Source: Eledone cirrhosa
Lineage: Eukaryota
Length of the DNA stretch: 64,000 nt
Direction: 5' to 3'
NCBI GenBank assembly: GCA_964016885.1
Contig: OZ024743.1
Span: 54,126,001-54,190,000 of the forward strand
Within the stretch, counting starts at the first letter, position 1, and every line of letters starts with the position of its first letter. The notes under the pieces are model-generated. The model was not told where the DNA came from and ran no database searches. It worked only from the letters and a program-made list of their open reading frames with translations. Made by a program: the position numbers and the translations under genes. This document shows positions 55,020-64,000 of this stretch, in pieces.

Positions 55020-56600
55020 CAGCGACAATAACAACAACAGCTGCAGCAACAGCGACAAAAACAACCACAACTGTAAATACAAAATACAAAAAGAAAAACA
55101 GTAGCAGCAACAATAACAACATCAAAAACATAGGAAGAAAACAACCACAACAACAACAGTGACCAAAGCAGCAGCATCTACAAACGTCAACACCACCACC
55201 AACAACAACATCAGCAACAACAATAATAACAACAACAACAAAACCAACAACAACAGCAGCCAAAAAACAACAAGAACTGCAGCAACAAAACCAACAACAA
55301 TAACAAAAACAACAAAAACAACCGCAACACAAACAGCAAAAAGAGCAGCAACAACAATACTAACGACAACAACAGCAGCAACAGTCACAAAAAACATTTA
55401 AAACAGCAGCAAGTAAAACCAACAACAATAAGAACGACAAAACCGCCAACAACAACAACAATAATAACAATAACTGCAACAAAAACAACAACAACTAGAA
55501 AACCACCACCAACAACAACAACAACAGCAACAACAGTGACAAACACAGCAGTAACTAGAAAACCACCAACACAACAACAGCAACAACAGTGACAAAAACA
55601 ACAGTAACTAGAAAACCAACAGCAACAACAACAGCAACAACAGTGACAAACACAGCAGTAACTAGAAAACCAACAACAACAACAACAGCAACAACAGTGA
55701 CAAAAACAGCAGTAACTAGAAAACCAACAACAACAACAGCAACAACAGTGACAAAAACAACAGTAACTAGAAAACCAACAGCAACAACAACAGCAACAAC
55801 AGTGACAAAAACAACAGTAACTAGAAAACCAACAACAACAACAACAGCAACAACAGTGACAAAAACAACAGTAACTAGAAAACCAACAACAACAACAACA
55901 GCAACAACAGTGACAAAAACAGCAGTAACTAGAAAACCAACAGCAACAACAACAGCAACAACAGTGACAAAAACAGCAGTAACTAGAAAACCAACAACAA
56001 CAACAACAGCAACAACAGTGACAAAAACAGCAGTAACTAGAAAACCACCAACAACAACAACAGCAACAACAGTGACAAAAACAACAGTAACTAGAAAACC
56101 AACAGCAACAACAACAGCAACAACAGTGACAAAAACAACAGTAACTAGAAAACCAACAACAACAACAACAGCAACAACAGTGACAAAAACAACAGTAACT
56201 AGAAAACCAACAACAACAACAGCAACAACAGTGACAAAAACAGCAGTAACTAGAAAACCAACAACAACAACAACAGCAACAACAGTGACAAAAACAGCAG
56301 TAACTAGAAAACCAACAACAACAACAACAGCAACAACAGTGACAAAAACAACAGCAAACTAGAAAACCAACAACAACAACAACAACAGAAACAAAAACAA
56401 TAGCAACTACAAAACCAACAACTACAATGACAAAAACAACAACAACAATGACAAAAACAACAACAACAGCAAAAGCAACAAAAACAACAGCAACTACATA
56501 ACCAACAACAACAACAGTGACAAAAACGACAGCAACTGGAAAACCAACAACAATAACAACAAGAAAAACGACAGCAACAACAGCAACAACAGCAACTGCA
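54700..56600. repeat. (ACA)-derived low-complexity tract containing a 54-bp minisatellite
   Basis: About 16 units of ACAGTGACAAAAACA(A/G)CAGTAACTAGAAAACCA(ACA)n at ~55490-56370. Confidence 0.92.
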
Positions 56601-57309
56601 GAATAGAAACTATGAGACAAGCTGTGATGGAAGCATAAAAGATGATATAAAGATGGTGGAGTGTGGAATCTATACTATAACGTTTATCTGGCATTAATTC
56701 AATGGGAAATGATGAAACTAATTATAGAAACTACTGCAGCATATGTTGGATGTGGGTGGTTATATAGAAGCTGGCAACATGTCTGTTGTCTGTCAGAGTG
56801 TGACATGTTCTTGCGACAATACCTGCAGGGGTTATTGACTGAAATATTGTTGAACAAGCTGCTCACATGTCAACAGAACCATTCAATTGATAACAGCTTC
56901 TAAATATTCGATTAGCAAAATCATTTATAACAAGCTGGCAACTAAGACACTAATTACCTAGACATGGGCTTGTTGTTTCATCATTGTATAATTTTCATTA
57001 TCATAATTTATACCATTAATTTAATATTACCTTATATTCAATAAGAAGTGGCTCTAACAAAGCGTAGTTCATCATATGGGTGTACATGAAAGCATATACA
57101 TGATCGCAACTTTAAGAAATTCATAGAAAGACTCTCGTATGTTTATTATACATGAACATATCATAGATGCGTATATACAATGGTTTTCCTAATAGTTTTT
57201 CACTTTTCCCTTGCCTATTGCTATTAACAATTCTAAAAAAAAAAAATTAAAAAAAACATCAGCTAGTTTCCTAGCCCTTGAAAATTTAATCTATTACTCG
57301 TCACAATTG

Positions 57310-57615
57310 CATGCATGGTCCCATAACTCCCGATATTGTATTAGGGGCGCCGTAGTGACATACGGCGTTTCTTGAGCATTTTTAAGTTTCGCGGAGCCCA
57401 GCAAATTTCTTCCAGAGAAATAGAGAAAGTGAGAAATATAGAGATATAGAGGAAGAATTGAGCCCAGTAGTAGACTGGTACTTTTTGTATCGACCTCGAA
57501 AGGATGAAAAGCAAAGTTGACCTCGGTGGGATTTGAACTCAGAGAGTAGAGAGCCAGAACGAATCCGATAAAGCACTCTATCCGACGTTCTATCAACTCT
57601 GCCAATTTCGCCAAC
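57310..57615 (-). mobile_element. Nin-domain SINE variant with longer tail
   Basis: B-box and Nin core. The tail resembles 52550-52800. Confidence 0.7.
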
Positions 57616-58048
57616 TTACTCGTCACAACTAAACACTGTTAATCCTTAACTCATTAAATATTTCATCCGAGCTTAATTAATTGTCATTGAATAAGGTAAT
57701 ATAACTAGATACTTAGTTCTTAGCATAAGTTTCGGTTAGGAAGACGACAAATAATTGGCCATATAAATAAATATATATATATATATAAGTGTGTGTGTGT
57801 GTGTGTATGTGTATGATATCCGTAGATAAAAGGTCAAGGGAAAAAGTGCTCAATCTATTTGTAAGAGAGCTTATTTAGTATAAATAAAGTTTCATAGACT
57901 TAACATGTATGCATGAACATTTTTGTTTGCGTGCCCGATGCGGGACCACAGGCTGGAAGAGCCTCCCCCACTATACATTGGTGGTCATAAATTGACCCCG
58001 AAACCAATGGTCACACATAATATTAAGTGTATGAAACTTTAATTATAT

Positions 58049-58084
<36 letters not shown>

Positions 58085-58090
<6 letters not shown>

Positions 58091-58180
58091 AGAGTCCGGC
58101 CGTTTCGACAGCTAGATCCGTTCAGATCTAACTGTCGAAACGGCCGGAGCTCAGCCGTCGGGGTGCTGACTCTTTTCATA
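58085..58180. repeat. TA-flanked fold-back with HHR 3' half
   Basis: CUGUC-GAAAC GGC CGGAGCUCA GCC GUC-GGGG. The inversion centre is in the presumptive stem II. Related to 28398-28465. Confidence 0.7.
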
Positions 58181-58529
58181 TATATATATATACAGAGAGA
58201 GAGAGAGAGAGATTATGTCAAAACCGGAATTACACTGATATCCATTTTCAACGTTAAATATAATTAATATTTATTTATGATATGAGTCTGCTGTAAAAGT
58301 AATTTTAAATTTACTGGAATATGTGCCTTTGGTGAAACCCGAGAATCCATAATAGTAATAATATTCAAACATAAAGTATTTCCTTGCTGCAGAATGTGTA
58401 CATATTGTGTGTGTGGGCCCGTATTTCCAGATGGAATCGTAGGTAGTTCGTAGAAATATACGGTGTTTTAGACGTTTTACACGTGGCGAAGTTTATTAGT
58501 CACTAGGTGTAAATACAGACGATTTTTTA

Positions 58530-59330
58530 GGGCGTGAGGCGCATCGATTTCAGTATTGAACTGGTACTTTATGTATCACAATCGAAATAATGGATCCTGA
58601 TTTAGGCACAAGGCCAATAATTTTTGAGGAAGAGAAAGTCGATTAAATCGACTCCAATGCGTTACTTGTACTTTATTTTATCAATCCCGTAAGGATGAAA
58701 CGCAAAGCTAACCACGGTGGGATTTGAACTAAGAACGTAAAGGGACCTAACCATATGTCACAAATCATGGTGTCCGACGTTCTACCAATACTGCCTATCC
58801 ACAGCCCTTCTACCCTTGAAATAATGGTTTCTTATATAGGCACAACCCCAACAATTTTTGGGGCGGGGCAAGTCGATTAAATCGACTCCAGTGCGTGACT
58901 GGTAATTTATTTCATCGACCTCGTAAGGATGAAAGGCAAAGTTAACCTCGGCGGGATTTGAACTCAGATCATGAAGGCCCATGTCTCTATGCTGCAAAGA
59001 ATGGTATCCCACCCTCTACCGATACTGCCAATCCACCGCCCCCACCCTTGAAATAGTTGTTTCTATTTTAGGCACAAGGCCAGCAATTATCCCAGTACTT
59101 TACTGGTATTTTATTTTATCGACCTCGTAAGGCTGAAAGGCAAAGTGAACCTCGGCGGGATTTGAACTCAGGCAATAAAGGGCCGTAACTCTATGCTGCA
59201 GAGCATGGCGTCTGACCTTCTACCGATACCGCCAATCACCCTTGAAATAATGAAAACGAAATTTGATGTCGGGGGGATTTGAACTAAGACCACAGATAGC
59301 CGGAACGAATATTGCAAAACTATCTGATCT
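58530..59330 (-). mobile_element. Head-to-tail array of Nin-domain SINEs
   Basis: Three complete copies (~58590-58810, 58825-59045, 59055-59240) plus fragments. Confidence 0.88.
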
Positions 59331-59574
59331 TATAATGATTATGCTAATTTGCCACCTTCAAATATCGAAGGCCTACACACATTCAAGTATCATGCTATGT
59401 AATTATGGATAACGTATTTTTCAATTTGTAAAACGCTGTTGGTGGTGGGGGGAAATACTTGTTCTTTAGAATGGCGAATTAATGTGATAGCGACAAATTG
59501 GCAGAGCCGTTAGGATTGTGTTAAGGTGAAGTGAAAAACGAAGATTGCAATTAATGTTTTAAAAACTAATATAT

Positions 59575-59755
59575 AATTGTTTCTACTTTAGGCACAAGGC
59601 CAGCAATTACCCAGTACATTACTGGTACTTTATTTTATCGACCTCGTAAGGATGAAAGGCAAAGTTAACCTCGGCGGGATTTGAACTCAGACTGTAAAGG
59701 GACGTAACTATGCTAGAAAGCATGGCGTCCAACACTCTACCGATACTGCCAATTG
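59575..59755 (-). mobile_element. Nin-domain SINE
   Basis: Matches the family consensus. Confidence 0.88.
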
Positions 59756-60460
59756 ACCGATTGTTGTTAAATCGTCAATTATTTGACGTATGCGCTTTAA
59801 TGAAATTGCCTGTCGTCTGCTAGACAGAAACTTCCACAAGGAACTAAATCTCGAGGTAGATTAACTTGTTCAATGCGATGGTATTTGTTCCGCTTCACTG
59901 CGCTCTAAATTCAAATCTCACTGAATTGAAACCTTGCCTATCATCCTTTCGGGGTTGGTAAATACAGTACTAGTCCAATAGTGGATTTTTCTTCTGTTTC
60001 TCTTTATCACCCATCTACTCTCTCTCTCTCTCTCTCTCCCCCCCCCCCTCTCTCTCTCAAGAGGAAATCGGTTGTATTGCTACCTAGTGAGGGATGAGAC
60101 ACCTTAGGTTCAAAATGCACAAAATGTATGCCAGGAATGCACTCTTACATCACAGGCATTTTTAAGAGTGCAAAGTGTGAGTCAGTGTCAAAACCAATTC
60201 TAATCTTGAACGTAGTAAAGTGTTCGGAGGGCTCACGGTCTACAGGCGTGTTTAGTGGGATTATGATCATTATGTCATGGGTTCGATTCCTGAACCGGGA
60301 AACATGTGTTCTTGAGCAAAATAGCATTTCCTGTTGTTCTAATCTTCTAAGCTAAAAACGAATACTTACAGCAGCAATAACTGGATGTTAAAACTTCTAC
60401 GTAACTCGTCCCATGGACTGAGTGGTCTACCACTACGGATATTACCTTCCAGTGTTCTAC

Positions 60461-60547
<87 letters not shown>

Positions 60548-60698
60548 TATATATATATATATATGAATACATATATATATGAATATATATATATATGAAT
60601 ATATATATATATATATGAATATATATATATATGAATATATATATATATGAATATATATATATATGAATATATATATATATGAATATATATATATATGA

Positions 60699-60754
<56 letters not shown>

Positions 60755-60759
<5 letters not shown>

Positions 60760-61110
60760 AAGAATGAAGATTAACATGGTTGGCTGTACAGTAAGGGGTT
60801 TATTTAAAGTATGTACAATTGTTTCGTTGATCATGTGGGTCTAGAGTTCGCTAATCGCTTGATGTTGCGTTATTCAACGAAACAATTGTCAATGCTTTAA
60901 ATAAAGCCCTTATTGTACAGCTAACCATGTTCATCTTCATTCTTTAACTATTATTACTCCAAGTATAACCAGCATAAAAATTACCGCGAACTTGCTACAT
61001 AACTATGGAAGCATCTTGTTGAGTAAAAAAAAAGCCGTACGTTAAAACTATCCACGACGCAGAGTACTCACAACCTCTAACTGGATTACCTATAACGATA
61101 ACTTGTTATC

Positions 61111-61113
<3 letters not shown>
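60755..61113. mobile_element. Fold-back cassette of the 36.6-kb family, inverted inside the stem II insert
   Basis: 60755-60830 is inverted at 60874-60950. 60874-61113 is the reverse complement of 36562-36800. Confidence 0.82.
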
Positions 61114-61148
<35 letters not shown>

Positions 61149-61220
61149 ATATATGTAATCTTAGTTTTTCGAATATTAATAATAACATTCGATTCGTTTG
61201 CAATTGTGCAAACAAGCCTC

Positions 61221-61318
<98 letters not shown>

Positions 61319-61397
61319 ATTTAGGAAGCCGTAGCTATGCAAAATCAGCGGCGGCTCTCATCACCTGGCGGTGTCCTGCAGAAGCAAGGGAGACAAT

Positions 61398-61437
61398 TGT
61401 TGATACATTTCGAACTGAACTGGTTTTCATCAGGACG
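61398..61437 (-). ncRNA. Decayed minimal hammerhead motif
   Basis: CUGAUGA-AAAC CAGUUCA GUUC-GAAA UGUA UC. Stem I is weak. Lies ~85 nt from (TA)n. Confidence 0.55.
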
Positions 61438-61691
61438 GTCCCTCTCGCTCTTGAAAGCAGGCGAGAATATATAGTTTTCTCGTCTGTGTAAATGAGGTGA
61501 TAAATCTCATTTGCATATGAAACTGTATAAGTTATAATAGAATAGAATTAGAATTTAGCTTCGAGCATAGCTGTATACAGATATGCATTTGAATTTCGTA
61601 TTTCTAAAGAAATACGGTGTGTTTATAAATAAATGTTTAGAAAGCCGTAGCTATGCAAAAACACCGGCAGCTATCATCAGCAGAAGCAAAC

Positions 61692-62080
61692 CCATTTCTA
61701 CAGCTAAGTAACTTAGGTAAACTGGAGCAACATCATATAAAGTGTTTTGCTTAAGGACACAACACATCATCTGGTCCGAAAATTGAATTCACAATCTCCC
61801 GATTGCAAGCCCAATACTCTAACCATTAAGCTATGCTTCATATATCTATATATGAAGCATGATGTGCATGATGTGTCCTTAAGCAACACACTTTATATCA
61901 CGTTGCTCCAGTTTACCTAAGTTACTCAGCTGTAGAAATGAGTTACACTATCAATGGTGCCATTGCCTTTCCCCTTAACAAAATCATGGCGTGGAGCAGG
62001 AGGGGCTGGTATGCATGGATGACTGTTGGTCTTCCGCAAACTTTCCCGGACTTTCATGACTGAAAGGAGGTCTATACCCT
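61692..62080. mobile_element. Inverted pair of CORE-SINE segments
   Basis: Minus copy 61692-61838 and plus copy 61866-62080 flank a TA-rich palindrome. Confidence 0.7.
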
Positions 62081-62221
62081 ATTATATATATATATATTTT
62101 CGTCGCTATGGTCACTGCGGCCCGTCTATCGGTCGCTGTATTCGATTTGCTTAGCTGCACACCGAGACTGCATTCGTTAGCTTGGCTGCAACCGGAGCTT
62201 CGTTGATGGTGTACTAAATTT

Positions 62222-62258
<37 letters not shown>

Positions 62259-62827
62259 GTTGGGGGTTGGGGGTTGGGGTGTGTGTGTGTGTGTGTTAAA
62301 TAATAGAATCAGTTATAGAAATGACGTCATACTAAACCATCCCCTACTCGACCCTATTTTTCTGCTCTCCATTCGTTTGTCATCATCACCATCATCATCC
62401 TTCTCAATCCCCTCATCATTATAACGATTGTCATCATCATTAACCCCTAAATATCATCATCATTCCTCACACCCACCTCATTATTGTCATCAACATCATC
62501 ATTAACAACAACACAGTATCGTTATTTTAACCATCATCCCCATCTCGGACCCTTCCCCATTATAGTTGTTGTCATCATCCCCATCACCATCACCACCACA
62601 ATAACCGTCAACCACATCAGTGCCCACGCATCCGTTACCCAACGTCTGTCAGATTAGCTGTCATAGATGCATCTTCACTGAGAAAAATATATCTGCCCTT
62701 GTATCTCTCTCTGAGTCAGTCTGTCTACTCGTCTGTCGGGCTGTCTGTCTGTCTGTCTGTCTGTCTCTGTCCGTCTGTCTATCTGTCTGTCAGCCTGTCT
62801 GTCTGTCTGTATAACTGTCTGCATGGA

Positions 62828-64000
62828 TGTACGTATATGTCTGGCTGTCTCTACGTCTGTCCGTGTCCCTGTGTCTCTATGTGTGTGTGTGCATGTCTGT
62901 CTTTCTGTATGTACGTACGTGCCTGGCTGTCTCTACGTCTGTCCGTGTCCCTGTGTCTCTATGTGTGTGTGTGCATGTCTGTCTTTCTGTATGTACGTAT
63001 GTGCTTGGCTGTCTCTACGTCTGTCCGTGTCCCTGTGTCTCTATGTGTGTGTGTGCATGTCTGTCTTTCTGTATGTACGTATGTGCCTGGCTGTCTCTAC
63101 GTCTGTCCGTGTCCCTGTGTCTCTATGTGTGTGTGTATGTCTGTCTTTCTGTATGTACGTATGTGCTTGGCTGTCTCTGCGCCTGTCCGTGTCCCTGTGT
63201 CTCTATGTGTGTGTGTGTATGTCTGTCTTTCTGTATATACGTATGCGCCTGGCTGTCTCTGCGTCTGTCCGTGTCCCTGTGTCTCTATGTGTGTGTGTGT
63301 ATGTCTGTCTTTCTGTATGTACGTATGTGTCTGGCTGTCTCTGCGCCTGTCCGTGTCCCTGTGTCTCTATGTGTGTGTGTGTATGTCTGTCTTTCTGTAT
63401 GTACGTATGTGCCTGGCTGTCTCTACGTCTGTCCGTGTCCCTGTGTCTCTATGTGTGTGTGTATGTCTGTCTTTCTGTATGTACGTATGTGCCTGGCTGT
63501 CTCTGCGCCTGTCCGTGTCCCTGTGTCTCTATGTGTGTGTGTATGTCTGTCTTTCTGTATGTACGTATTTGCCTGGCTGTCTCTGCGTCTGTCCGTGTCC
63601 CTGTGTCTCTATGTGTGTGTGTGTATGTCTGTCTTTCTGTATGTACGTATGTGTCTGGCTGTCTCTAAGTCTGTCCGTGTCCCTGTGTCTCTATGTGTGT
63701 GTGTATGTCTGTCTTTCTGTATGTACGTATGTGTCTGGCTGTCTCTGCGCCTGTCCGTGTCCCTGTGTCTCTATGTGTGTGTGTGTATGTCTGTCTTTCT
63801 GTATGTACGTATGTGCCTGGCTGTCTCTACGTCTGTCCGTGTCCCTGTGTCTCTATGTGTGTGTGTGTATGTCTGTCTTTCTGTATGTACGTATGTGCCT
63901 GGCTGTCTCTGCGTCTGTCCGTGTCCCTCTGTCTCTATGTGTGTGTGTGTATGTCTGTCTTTCTGTATGTACGTATGTGCCTGGCTGTCTCTGCGTCTGT
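62828..64000. repeat. 80-84-bp tandem minisatellite (runs off the window end)
   Basis: About 14 units of GTATGTACGTATGTGCCTGGCTGTCTCT(A/G)CGTCTGTCCGTGTCCCTGTGTCTCTA(TG)nTCTGTCTTTCT. Confidence 0.95.

Noticed and set aside
55385-56620. 411-aa Cys-rich ORF (metallothionein- or keratin-associated-like)
   Set aside because: It is the antisense reading of the ACA-based minisatellite.
62828-64000. CRISPR-like periodicity
   Set aside because: The units are contiguous with no unique spacers, and the context is eukaryotic.

Overview
This is AT-rich, microsatellite-saturated animal DNA. Its SINE types (Nin-domain and CORE tRNA-derived SINEs) suggest an octopus-like cephalopod, though that is an inference. 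No host protein-coding gene can be supported, and most ORF-track entries are translated simple repeats. Recognisable retroelements are a near full-length but decayed L1/Tx1-clade LINE plus a truncated sister copy (both in (TATC)n), several RTE-clade fragments (one with a 5' inversion), an R4/Dong-like element and Penelope-like elements (RT and GIY-YIG). The most striking signal is a dense, diverse set of type I hammerhead ribozyme (HHR) motifs that I folded by eye, from about a dozen unrelated sequence families. They include core variants (U3:A8, U4A, U4C, A9U) and forms with 30-64 nt stem II inserts. They sit in short non-coding cassettes embedded in (TA)n tracts, often as head-to-head fold-backs with the ribozymes pointing outward. 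Two motif-rich unique islands (CTCF/YY1/CCAAT at ~25.5 kb; ETS/CRE/M-box at ~48.6 kb) look like cis-regulatory elements. All coordinates were read manually and may be off by a few bases.
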